From assembly GCF_001194135.2 (NCBI RefSeq), contig NC_069002.1, forward strand, positions 37,323,073 to 37,387,072: 64,000 bases of DNA. Direction: 5' to 3'. Positions 25,701 through 39,734 of the stretch are shown here, one piece after another; position 1 is the stretch's first letter, and every line of letters starts with the position of its first letter. Source of the stretch: Octopus bimaculoides (lineage: Eukaryota). Position numbers and translations under genes: made by a program. The notes below the pieces were generated by a model that searched no databases, was not told the origin of the DNA, and worked only from the letters and a program-made list of their open reading frames with translations.

Positions 25701-28700
25701 GCTGACATGAAAAAACTACAGGTTACATCTTTTCATATTAGGAAACCAAAAAGTTCCAAGTTTGAATCACAGCATAAATCTGGCTACAGAGACTGTTTTC
25801 AGTTGAACTCACAAAGTACATTGAGGCAATAACTACCCAGGTGGTTCAAATGTTTGTTAAAGTAATGGTGAACTCAAAAAGGAATATTAGAAAAGGAAGG
25901 AAGGCAGAGAAGAGAGAAAGGGTGAAAGCAAGAAGGAAAGGAAAGAAAAAGAAAGAGTGAAAAGGAAGAAAGAAAGAGAGAAAAGATAAAGAAAAGAAGA
26001 AAGGATTGAATAAAGGAGGTAAATAAGAGGTTTATATACTAACTTGTTGCAGATATGTTACCATATCTTTAATCTCGGTAGAAAGTGATACTTGACCAGT
26101 TTTTGGTGGAGGAGTCCACTCTGATGACTTAGACTCTTCATAGTCCATTGCAAAATCATCTGATCAATGAAAATAAAAACAACAACAACAGTTCACCAGA
26201 TAATAAAATTAACAAAACAATTACCAGGCAATAAATGACACAAACACAGACGTCCATGCAAAGCACATATTCTTACATTTATTGATCCTGAAAGGATGAT
26301 AGTCAAAGTGCCCTCACCTTGTGACGATATATGTGTCTCCATGTATATCTATTCAATGCCAGTGAACAGTTGGAAAGAAATCAGCTGACTAAATTTCCCC
26401 CACCATCAAGTACTTGATTGATACTTTATTTTATTGGCCGGGGAGGGGAGGGGGATGAAAACAAAATTGATCCTGGTGAAATTTAAACTCAGAATGTAAA
26501 GACTAAGAAGAAATACTACAATACATTTTATCTGATGCTTTAATGACTCCATCATTACGATGATGATGATGAGTCCCTTTGTGCCCAGTTTTCCTCTCAG
26601 CACACATGAACTCTGCTGTCTATTCACACTAACACTGCACATCCAGTGGAGCATGCTCACTTCATTTCTAGTTTTTGCAGGTCTTCTGCATTCACTCACA
26701 CATGCAGGTTTGTCACTGCATGTCACTGCATTGGTACTAAGCAGGTAATGCTTCAATGTGGGGAGTCACAGAATGAAGGACTTTACTTGGAAGTAAGGGT
26801 TGGCATCAAGAAGGGCACCAAGCCATAGAAAACTGCCTCAAGAAGCCCCATCCGACCCATGGGGGGAGCAGATGAAAAAAATGGACGGGGTGATGATGAT
26901 TCATTGCTGTTTCTCTGAATTTCTCCCTTGTATACATTCGTTCAAGTAACAGAAATAAATGAATGCACAAAAGTGGGGAAACTCAGAGTAGTGAAGGAGT
27001 GACACACCAGTTTGTGCAGCTAAATATATACACATATAGTGTGTGAGTGGGTGTTTTGTTTACAAATGGTAGGAAAACATATTCAATACATGTTTATAGA
27101 GTTTCCTTATGACGGAGTACAGTCAACATTAATTTTGTAATAAATTTTACTTCTTTATTTAAAGCTGAGGTGTCTCACTGTCATTATTTGGAGTTTCCCA
27201 TTTCTAGTTTATGGAGTCACTGTGGAAAACAGGAGAGAGGAGGAGGGGGAGAGGGGGGGAGAGAGAGAGAGAGAGGTACATGAATTGACTGACCTTCTTC
27301 ATTAGTTGTGGAAGGACTGTTTTCTTTGAGCATCTTGAGAAATATATGACCTCCCTCAGCACCACGAGTGTGTTGGATATCAATGAGCTGCGCTAGGTAA
27401 CACTTGTCAACACCGGCCTGATCAAGGACCAAGCAATCCATCTTGACAGCGTGGTCAAGATACTTGAGCAGTTTTGTCATGCTGGACACAGGAATACCAA
27501 ATGATTGCACAAACAAGAAGAGCTGAGCAGGGTCAAGGTCTTGAAGCGCTGCAGACACAGAGAAAAAGAGGATGGTAAATGTTGATGTTTACACACAGAG
27601 ACACACATGAAGGAGAAAAGAAAGAGGAGATACAAAAGAGAGTAGGAGACAAAAGGAAAAGGGAGAGAAGCGATAAGAGAGTAGGAAGAAAAGACAAGAA
27701 AAGAAAGGAGGAAACACAAACAAAAAAAAAGGAGGATGAAAACTAAAAAGAAAGAAACAAAGGCAGAAATAGGAAAAAAATAATAGAGAAGAGGAGGAGA
27801 TGGCATGAGAGATGACCATTAAGAACATCAAAGTGAAGATGAAGCAACTGACCAGCATCAATAAGTCTCTCGATGCTGGACCTAATCATACGTAGTTTCA
27901 ACCAGTCTGGGAGTAAAAGAGCCTCTTCTGAAGTGTCAAGGAGGAAGGCATTAGGTGGGCTACCTTCTTCAGGGAACCAAATCTTGAGTAATTCTTCGTA
28001 ATATGTTTCTCCATCTGATAACAAAATGGCAACAGATTAGCTTAATCTTATATTTATACAAACACACACACACACAACTAGATATTTTGTGCTGAATTAT
28101 TGGCTGAAAATACAGGCTTGTCTGACCATTATATTATCAAAGGATTGAAACTAATAGTAAATTACATTAAATTTACATATAGGCATAGCTTTCTGGTAAG
28201 ATGATTGCTTCCCAACCGAACTCAAGACCATGTGGTAACAAAAACAGAACCCTGCCTCTACACAGCCAAGCCTTATTGAGATGAAAACAGTAAATAGGAA
28301 GTGAAAAAAGAAAGAGGGAGGGCCATACCTTTAGGTGGCCCATATGTCAGCAAAATTATCATGGCATGTACCACCAGCACAAGCATTGTTGCCGAGTCCC
28401 CAGACTCCCACTGAAGTATGATTTGATCCTGAGTGTTAGACTGTTGGAGGAAGCAAACAAACATTCAATTAGTTACAGAAACATGCATTGAGGTTATGAT
28501 GAAACGAAAGAAGGAAGGAAGGAGGGGGGGATGTCTCCTCCCCTTCATACAAGGAATACTTTGGCTCATAATGCTGCAGGATCAGGGCTGACCTGGGGCT
28601 AATATTACCAGAAAGAAAGAAATTTGTACGTATGTAGATGATTAAAGCAATACAATTACTACTTATTGTCTTCAGACAAACGAACGGCATAATTAACAAC

Positions 28701-30909
28701 CAGGATTTGAATGCAGATCATAAACATGCGACTAGACACCACAAAGTACACTGTCCCCTTCATTCCCCAAGATATTTTTTTAATAATTTTTTAATTGTTA
28801 CTGACTATTTTAATGTAGCCATGTTGGAGCATAGCATTAAAAATATTTCAGTCAATTATATCAACCACAGTAATTTGCCTGGTACTTATTTCATTAACCC
28901 TTTAAGCATTTCGATAACTCCCTTACATGTAATGCTCATCCATTCAAATAGCTTTCAGATTTCAAGGATGTGATTGCTTACTTTTATAATGACATTGCTG
29001 GGTAGTTGCAAGAGGTCTGATTTAGTTAGTCTGAACACAAAACAGGTAAAATATTTGGGCCTAATATGGCCAGTTTGAATGCTAAAGGGTTAATCTCCGA
29101 AGCTACAAATATAAAATAACTGTTAGGAGGTAATTATATTCTTGCATATTTCTGCCTCCATGAGGCCCAATGCTCAAATGGTAAATCTTATGTGCCAGCA
29201 GCACAGGTGCCAGTCAGACGGCACTGGTATCAGCCACGACTATGATTTCACTTGGCTCAACAGGTCTTCAAAAGCACAGCATATCGCTCAACATCTGAAG
29301 GGGTGTTTTTAATGGACCAGTTACTCAACACTGGCATTGGCCACGACTACAATCTCCCTTGGCTTGACGGGTCTTCTCAAGCACTATATATATATGTGTA
29401 TATATTTACAATTTCCCATTATCTTCCCCCACCAATCCCCTCCTTTCAGTGCCTTCTCTCTCCTGTGTTGTTCTCCCTCGTTAGCACCTCACCCTCATCA
29501 CATACCTACCACAACCCCGGCCTCTCTCCTGTATTCCATTCCATCATTTGTCTTGGTCACCTTTATCCACCCCCACCCCACCTTGTTCAAACCTCTGCAT
29601 CACCCTGCTTATTCTCACCACTCCCAATGTTCCTTAAGGACATGTCTCCACATCTCCACCACCATCATCTCTCACTATTGCTCCCTTTACCTTACTCTGT
29701 AAACCATCTTTTCTTTTTCAATTGGAGTATTCATGCATCTACTCTACAACAGGACACCTATCCTTGTTCCTCCATACCTCTAATCTCTCATCAACTCACA
29801 CAAAGTATATGTGTGCGTGTGTTATATGAGAAGCTTCTGCACAGTTTCCAACTACCAGAATGATGATGATAATAATGGTGGAAATGATAATAACTGAAGA
29901 GCTGATGATGGTGAATAAAACAACGATATTAAAGAAGAGAATGACGAAGAAAACAAGATGTCTGTTGTGTGTTCTCACCCAATCGTAAGCATCTTTATCT
30001 GGTTCTTTTGCTCTGCGAATATATTTGGTATAAAGAGAGAGAACTGCAGTTAACGTTCGGTTTGCCAGTTCTGGTCTGTCGCTTTCAGGAGGCACCACAT
30101 GACTCATCACAGTTGTGCGTTCAACAATCAGCTGTGCAACTTCCTACAGGTACAAAAATGCAGAGTTAAACACACCAATATCTCCGAAGCAACTTTCTGC
30201 TGCAACGTTACCTGCAATTTTTTCATACATGTATTAAAATAAACTAACAAAAATAGAAATAAACTAACTGAAATCTTTTTGTGATCAAATGAATAAGGAA
30301 TCATTAAGGAATCAGATTTACTGATTTTTGGAAATGTTAACCAATTTGAAAGTTGTGACATCCATACTATTTTTTCACAGGAATCATGAGGTGTGTTTGT
30401 ATAACAGAAATAGATACAGCCGAAAATTTAATCAGGTTTCATCAATCATTTTCCACACTTTTTATTTTAATTTAAAAATTTTTTTTATTTATTTATTTTA
30501 AAAAATTTTTTTTTTTGTTATTGTAGAAACACTTCTTAACAAATAAATGACTAAATTCAGTTGCTGAAACATCAACCACATCAAATGCACTAATCTGGAT
30601 TGAGGAGACCTGAAAAAAAACCCCAAAAACAATAGAGAATAAACATTCTACCTCTATGTGTAGATGATTAAAAATTATTTATAACTTTGACCCTTTTGTG
30701 TTCCAATATTTCTGTTGGAATATTCTGCTTTTGTTTCAATTCATTTTTAAAATACAGAAAAATATAGTAAAATAACTGTCTTCATCAAGATGATGTTAGG
30801 AACATAATTTCATAAAATTTTGATAGAAGGTTTTAATTAAGATAAATTTAAAATGAAAAGTTTGCATCAGAGGATCATGATGGGTTTCAGAGAGAGAGAG
30901 AGAGAGGGA

Positions 30910-30975
<66 letters not shown>

Positions 30976-33900
30976 TGGGGGGAGGGGAAAGAAGAGCAAT
31001 TACTTACAAATGCCAGGTCATCTAAATTCTGTAAACTGACATCTTTAACATGACGGTCTAAGAAGATGACATACGCACTGACCAGAGTTGGATCAGTTTC
31101 AACACGACAGGCCTGGAAATACAGAATTAGCATAGGTCAACAAGTTCAAAACAAGGATTGATGGTAGAGTGGTCAAGTGATGGTAAGTTAAAAATGCAGG
31201 GACATATTGATTGTAAAAATGTGACAGGTAGCTTCAATATTGATACTTCACAGATAAAACTGAATTGACAGAGTTGGTAGAGCATCAGATGGAATGTTTT
31301 GTGCTATTTATTCCAGCTCTCTGAGGTTTGAGTTCAAATCATAGTGAGGTAAATTTTGCTTTGACTCTTGTGGTGTTGATAAAGTGTAGGTGCCACTTAA
31401 AAGCACCCAGTCTACACTGTAAAATGGTTGGCGCTTGGAAGGGCATCCAGCTGTAAAAACCTTGCCAAAACTGACCTCGCTTGTGCTTGTGCCATGTAAA
31501 AAGCACTAAGTCCATTCTACTGAGTGGTCGGTGTTAGGAAGGGCATCCAGCTGCAGTTGTCTTACCAGAAATATAGTATCAAGGGTGCTTTTCCCTGATA
31601 CAAACCCAAACTGCATCTTGCCTAAACTAACTCTCTCCCTGATTAGTTGGGCTATGGCCCTCTCCATGACTTTCATCACCTGATCCAAAAATTTGATACC
31701 TCTACAATTATTCCTATCTAATGTGTCACCTTTACCTTTGTAGCAGTTGACTATGGTACAGCTACACTTGTCATTGGGTATGATTCCTTCATGTATCACC
31801 TGGTTGACTATACGGGTGACTAGACTATAGCCTACACCGCCAGATATTTTAAGCATCTCTACAGTGATTCCTGAGGGGCTGGGAGCTTCCCATGTATATA
31901 TATATATATATATATATACATACACACATATATATATTTGTGTGTCTGTCTGTCTGTCTCCCCGCTATTGCTTGACAACCGATTCTGGTGTGTTTATGTC
32001 CCCGTAACTTAATGGTCTGGCAAAACAGACTGATAGAATAAGTATTAGGCTTACAAAGAATAAGTCTTGGGGGCGGTTTCATCAACTAAAACCCTTTAAG
32101 GCAGTGCTCCAGCAAAGCCGTAGTCAAATGACTGAAACAAGAAAAGAATATGGTAACCTACCTGTACATGGCCAAAATCAACTTCGTGGCCTCGTGCTGG
32201 ACTGAGAAACGATGGACAATGGTAAATGAGACCTACAAACTGATTGAACAAGATTGGACCAGTCCAATGCAGTGGACCAAGCAAGTGGAAAGAAAAGTAT
32301 GTGGGGCTCAACAAAATGAGATGCACCCTAAAAGGAAACTTACCTTTCGAATTGCATAGCAGGCCTGGGTTCGGAGAGAATCAAACAAAGGCAAACTAGG
32401 GAGATAGAGAAGTAACCACTTATGTTGTGGAATCAACTTCAGAAACTGTTCCTCTTGTTCATCCACTTTGATGGGTTCAATCTCAGATGGAGGAATGTGA
32501 GACATCGACACAACAAGTGACAGACCCTGTTAATGAATCAGATAATGAGTCAAATAAATAAGCAAACAAACAAACAAAAAAAATTCCAAGTAACAAACTA
32601 GAGAAATAAAAATTTTCAGTTTTTTTATATTTAATCATGATCAATCATCCTCATTTAGTTTCTGCTTTCCTTGCAGGCATGGGTTGGATTGTTTAACTGA
32701 AACTGGTAAGCCAAAGAAGCTGCACCAGGTTCCAATTTGATCTGACATGGTTTCTATGGCAGGTACTCTTCCTAACACCAGCCACTCCAAGAGTGTAATG
32801 GGTGCTTTTTATATACCACTAGCATGGGTGCCAGTTACATGATACCGGCATCAGCCACACCTATGATTTCACTTTGCTTGACAAGTCTTCTCAAGCATGG
32901 TATATTGCTAACGGTCTCGGTCACTTAGCATTGGCTCCGTGAGGCCCAATGTCCAAAGGGTGCTTTTCACATGACACTGGTATGGATGCCTGTCATGTGA
33001 CACCAGCATCAGTCAAGATCATGCTTTCACTCGGCTTGACGGATCTTCTCAAGCACAGTATGCCACCAAAGGTCTTGGTCACTTGTCATTGCCTCCATGA
33101 GGCCCAACGTTTGAAGATCATGCTAGAATGAAGGTGGTCTTTCCAGGATATTATCAGTCAATGGTCTGAAGCTCATAGCTTTCATTACAACCGTAGGATA
33201 GCTAAGTTTGCTTGTTGATGGACATATATATTTGTGTGTATGTATGGCTGAGAGGCTTGCTTCCTAAGCATCTGGTATTGGGTTCAATTCCAAGGCATGG
33301 AACCATGGACAAGTGTTTTCTATTTGACAACAGCTATATGAGTGGATTAGATAACCAGAAAATGAAAGCTTATCAGGCTATAGGATGCAATGTTGTTTGT
33401 TTCCAATCTTTTGTGAAAAAACAATGTAAGGCCATCAAGGCTGTAGAAATACCTGCTTCAACAAATTCCATCTGGCCCATGGAAGCATAGAAAATTGGAT
33501 GTTAAAATGGTGAATTTGAATGAAGGTTTTCTGTTTAAACTTACCTGACTTAACAATATCATTATTGCTTTGAGAAGCAACACCTACCTTGATAGCCAGA
33601 CTTCGACTTGAAGCTTGACTGGAAGATAGTCTCTTGAAAAAATAGTCCATAACTTCAAAAGTGGTGGTGCTATCACTTGATGGACTGTGCACCAGCATTT
33701 GGAGTTTGGCCAGTAGCTGTTCTTGTTTCTTCATTTTCTGAAAAACAGAAAGTATACGGACATTAGCAAAGCATCCTGGCATTGCCCGGGTGTTATGACC
33801 TACAACCACATTGTATTATTTGTTCCTTTCTTATAGGCAGAATCAGCACAGCTACTATATAGTGAACTGGATTACTGGTGGAATGAATATTTTATATTTG

Positions 33901-36482
33901 TTTAAAAGTGAAGGGGGAGGGGTACAATTTGAATGGGTTTTCATGAAAGTGCTTTCAGTTCTTAAGAAGGATCACAAAATTATGTAGCTTGCACCCCTTT
34001 TCCAGGTAGAGATGATAATGGTGAACCAGCGGGTTATGAATGAAGTAGCTCATTCTCTGCAGATTAATCATGGTTCTGCCTATCAAATTATCCATGATGA
34101 GACTGTGCAAGATGGGTGCTAAGACGGCTTCCTGCAAAGCACAAGCACAAACATCTTGAAGTCTGCCAATGTTTACTCGATTGCTACAAGAATGAGGGCG
34201 AGGAAACTTTGAGCAGAATAGTCAGAGGGGATGAAATGTGGGTCCATCATTATGAGGCAGAATCCAAAAGACAGAGTATGGAGTGGAAACATCCTGGCTC
34301 GCCAGTGACAAAGAAATTCAAGATTCAGTCTTCCATGGGAAAGGTGTTGCTAACCCTTTTTTGGGACTCAAAAGGGCCTATACTGGAAGACTACCTGGAA
34401 AAGGGGTCTACGATCAACAGTGCAAGATACAGTGCTTTGCTGGCCAACAAACTGAAGCCAACAATTTGCACCAAATGCCGAAGCCTATTGTTGGAGAAAG
34501 TTCTATGTTGTATGACGATGCATGCCCACACATGCCCAGACCATTGAAACCATTAACTAATTGGGTTGTGAGGTGCTGGAACACCGTGCCTACAGCCTAG
34601 ATCTTGCTCGCTTCTGACTATCATATCTTTGGACTACTCAAAGATGATTTACGAGGTTGTTGGTTTCCTATGGATGAAGATGCAAAGGAAGCGATGCATA
34701 AATGATTGCACAATCAACCAAAAACCTTCTTCTTGGAGGGAATACACAAGCTTGTGGACCGCTGGACCAAGCGCATCGAAGGAGACTATATAGAAAAATG
34801 ATGTACTTGTTTATCCTCTGCTTTTGTGGAAATACATTGAAAAAACAAGAGTACGCATAATTTTTGACTCTCTCTCATGTATATATATGTATGTGCATAT
34901 ATATATATATATATATANNNNNNNNNNNNNNNNNNNNNNNNNNNNNNNNNNNNNNNNNNNNNNNNNNNNNNNNNNNNNNNNNNNNNNNNNNNNNNNNNNN
35001 NNNNNNNNNNNNNNNNNNNNNNNNNNNNNNNNNNNNNNNNNNNNNNNNNNNNNNNNNNNNNNNNNNNNNNNNNNNNNNNNNNNNNNNNNNNNNNNNNNNN
35101 NNNNNNNNNNNNNNNNNNNNNNNNNNNNNNTGGCCAAAAGTTTGGAACATAGACCTGTAAGTTAGAATTTTTATATTAAATGCCCAAATATATACATTGT
35201 ATATGTTTGAATTGAATTGTACTTGGGTATAACAATTTTAATTTTTTTTAAATGTTCCAAACTTTTGGCCACAACTGTATATATGATAAACTTCCTACAG
35301 TTTCCATCTACCAAATCCACTTGGCCAAGGTGCCACTAAACCATGAATCTGTGAAGCAAACTCCTTAATCATACAACCATACTTGCACCTATATAAACAG
35401 AATAAAAGTATATTCTTATAAACACTAAATACTGACCCGCTTTTTCTGTTTCTCAGCTTCGAAATCTGCATCGTCATCTTCTGTAGAGTCTTGTGGATCG
35501 TGAAGCAGAAACTCACACAAACATTGCACTGGGAGAACATCCAGTGATCCTTCATTGGATTCTACCAACTCAGCCAGCCATGGCATAGATTGTGTAGTAC
35601 CCTGCATCAGAATTTGTTAAGCAGTTATTAAAGAACATTAAAAAATATAGTATGTCTACTTCAGCATGGTTTCTACAGTTGGATGCCCTTCCTAATGCCA
35701 ACTACTTTACCAAATGCTGTTTAGGATGCTGCTTTTGTGACAATGACACATGGGGTTGCCCAGTAACTAATCGTCCTCCAAACAAAGAAAAAGACCCCTT
35801 GACTGAGTGAGGTTGTAGTAGAGAGGGAAGTGGCTCAACACCAGGTGTTGAGAGGCTAACGTGTAATAGAGGGGACAGGTACAGGAGGGATACGTGTGTG
35901 GTTTAGAAGTAGCTGGAAAGTAGACAATGGTGGTGATAAGATGTTATGCATACTCTCAGGATACAAGAAGGTTAGTACAAGAGAGAATGTGGTCAGAGAA
36001 TCGAAAAGTGGGGGAATAAGAGTTCATTAGAATTAGTGTAGAATGGCAAATGGTTGGAGATGGGGTACAGGTGAACGTAATGAATGAAACAAGGGTGGAG
36101 GTGTGGTCAATAGTCCAATATAAAAAAAAACAAAAACCCAGTTCCCAGTCTATATATAGAATATTTAAAATTATACCGCTGTCAAAACAATTTAAAATTT
36201 AAAAGACACATGGAAACATAATGTAGAAGTCAAAATAAAAACACTGTTCTGATATTATTTACCTGACGTTGAATTATGTCGAGCAGGAAGTCTGGGTTAC
36301 GACTTCGGCACAACCGCTGACCAATTTTCAGATTCTGGTTCAAAGTCACGAGCTGCTCAATGACAGTAGAAGGAGGTTTACGTAAAGATCCTCTGTAAAG
36401 AACAACAGTGGGAATGGGATGATAACGTTACTATAGCTGTCATATACATGTGATGCTGCATATATACTTTCGTAAGTACATA

Positions 36483-36522
<40 letters not shown>

Positions 36523-39500
36523 TGGGTGTGAGGAACACGTAGCTTTCAGGAGAGAGGGGGTAGGTGGCTTTTCTGCTGTCCCTCACAAAGAAACACTCAC
36601 ACACAGACACACATATATATACATACACATGTCTACTGTACACTATTTTAAACTTGTGATTACCTGTATGTACATTTGTAAATTTGTGTGTGTGTGTGTC
36701 ACATCCTGTAACTGTCTGTCTCTCTACTTTTGTGGCTTAATTACACCTGACTCATACTAAAATTTATATATTGACATAGGATTGGGGATAGGAATGAGAG
36801 CAGAACTAAAACAGGAACTGAACAGGGAATGGAATAAGACATGAAACAGTGCAATGGAAATGGGAACTGGAAATGACCCCTGCTTTTCCAGGTATTACCA
36901 GGTAATTCAGTTAGTTACATATATTGTTTAAATGCACATTGTGTATCCTTCACTGATGTATATCAGCAAAGGATGTAAACATTAGCAAGAAAGCCCAAAA
37001 GAGAAAGAGAAATGCTTTCTGAATGAAGTCACTTGTGATATTTGTCTCACATGTAATACAGCCCTTCTCTTGTTATTTATCATCATCATCATCGTTTAAT
37101 GTCCGTCTTCCATGCTGGCACAGGTGGGACAGCATGACAGGAACCAGCCAGTCAAGCAGAAGACTACATCAGGCTTCTGTGACTGTTTTGACATGGTTTT
37201 TACAGCTAGATGCCCTTCTTAACACCAACCACCCGACAGAGTGGACTGAGTGCTTTTTATGTGGCATGAGCACCGGCAAGGTCAGTTTTGGCCTGGTTTT
37301 TACAGCTGGAAGGGCCTTCCAAATGCCACCCACTTCACAGAAATACAAATGAACTAGTGGTTGGCACACTGAAAACCTATAATCAATGGCATTACTGTTC
37401 ATCGATTGGGATATAAAAGTATTTAAAATTAAGTAACATATCGATAAAAGAATGAATCCAATGATGGGACGAATCAAAAATGGAAGGAAGGAAGAAAGAG
37501 GATAATTAAGAAGGGAACGAACACTTGAAGGAATCAATAGACACGAATAAATAAATGAAACAAAGAAAAGTACAAAAGAACAGAGGAATAAAAATTGAAA
37601 TGTGGAACTTACGAGACATCCATAGTGGTGAGCTGAGATAGCAGCAAACTGTTTGACTCTGTGATAGTAATTTTACTGGTAGCAGCAGCTAAATGAGACT
37701 CAAATTCAAGTATCTCATGTTTCTCTTTTTCATAGAGCTGTAACAACATTATAACACATGTTAGAATACACTTATGTAATTGGCAGTGAGTCCCCTATCT
37801 CTCTCTCTCTCTATTTCTGTTCACTAATCCTTCAAAAAAAGATAACTTGGATCTTATTAGATTTATCTTCCTTGGTTACTGTATTAGTATTGCTAACATA
37901 ATTACTGCGAATATACACATGAAAAATTTGTTTTAATTTTATTTTAATTTAGCAAGGATCATCCGATGCTGGGCTACACTGAGGAAATGACAAGAGACTG
38001 GAAGATGTGACGATTTGCTGTATTTGATAAGACACATCAAGCTAAGTAAAATGACTGTCTTCCAAACATACAGGCTTATCCTTTGCAGGTACCAGTGCCA
38101 CTGCAGTGTAAATGCACCTGTGATGAAGACATGTAAAAAGCACCCAGCGCATTATTAAGTGGTTGGCGTTAGGAAGGGCATCCAGCTATAAAAACTATTC
38201 CACAGCAGACTGTTGGAGTCCAGATAGCTCCCTGCTAGCCAGCTGTTAGTTTAATATCACCAACTAGTTTTCAGTCGCTTTTAGAATTTAGGTGTCCATG
38301 CTGTTGTAAATACACGATCCTGGTTTCCAACTTGTGGATAACTACCTAGCTTCCTCTCACCAAAAAACCCCCAACAATGATGGAGTTTTTTGATGATAAA
38401 TCAAAGATTAAACAAACCTGCTTTTCATGGTTTTTGATCTCTTCAATATGTTTCTCTTCAGTGGCTGTTGTTGGAGGTGGAAATTTGTAATTGCTGGAAA
38501 TGAGTTAACAAAAGGGGAAATATTCAAGACAATATTTAACTGTACAAATTGTAATTATTCAATGGCACTGAATAGATATACATGGAGACAGTATCTGGTC
38601 CTTAAGTTCCTCTTCACTGCTATAAAGAACCAAATTGCTCTCAACAGTGGCAAAAAAAAAAAAAAACCCACTGGAGAAACCAGCCAAAGATTTCATTACC
38701 TTCATGCGTTCAGGATAGCAGATCTGTTTGAAGAAGAAACTTTCTGAGTGATGAAAAACAGAAAGGCTATTGGGAGATGGCTGCAGATTTACCAGGGTGC
38801 CAAGGGCTTTTTCCCATTCCAGTTACAAAGACACTGGATATTATCATATGGTGTGAAAGAAAGTAGTAAATCTAGTTGAGTTAATGATTCCTCTTGAAGG
38901 TAACATGGACACCACACAGACTTGAAAGTTCAACCGTTATAAAAACCTCCTTACTAATTTTATTATAAAATCGAGAAATAGATGAGCTATATCTATGAAT
39001 AGTAAGAGCTAGCAAGAAGAGGTATGAGAATATATCAACTATATAGTAAGAGAATCTGATCATATGAATAGTAAAGCCATGGTTAATATAAAAAATTTTT
39101 AAATGCAAAAATAACCAATGCATCCACTGTAAAGCAGAAGGAGCCACCTGTCCTTGTTAGGGCAAAGTTAGTTTGTTACTCAAAATTCATGCAAAATAAA
39201 AATAAAGCCTGCAATTCAGCTACTGTTCTTGTCAACTTGCCTGAAAATAAAAAATCTGAAACCTGCTACTGTGAAAATCCAAGCATACTATCAGAACGCA
39301 AAAACCTTGTCAATTTACTTTAAGAAATAATAATCTAAATTCTGCAAATCTTAATACTGAATTAAAGTTTAAAAGCAAACAAAAAAACTTATTAAAACAG
39401 AAGTTCTTACAACTTTGGTCATCGTAACGCTTTGTTTTCATTTGTTTAATAAAAATTCCTCCTTGGATAATGATTTTGCTTTCATTTGGTGATAGACGAC

Positions 39501-39700
39501 TATCATGCAGAAAATGCCAGCTTCTAAATCCTGTTTTCTGATTAGGTGAAAATCATTAAACTTTAAACCTCAGTAATATTTTTCTGCAATAAGTATGTAT
39601 GTATGTATNNNNNNNNNNTTATGTGCCACCCGCACAAGCCAGTCCAGGGGCACTGGCAACGATCTCGCTCGAAAATCCTACAGGAGCCAATATATGTATG

Positions 39701-39734
<34 letters not shown>

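Noticed and set aside
29252-29863. 203-aa plus-strand ORF
   Set aside because: Made of repeat family B pieces and C-rich low-complexity sequence; no homology recognised.
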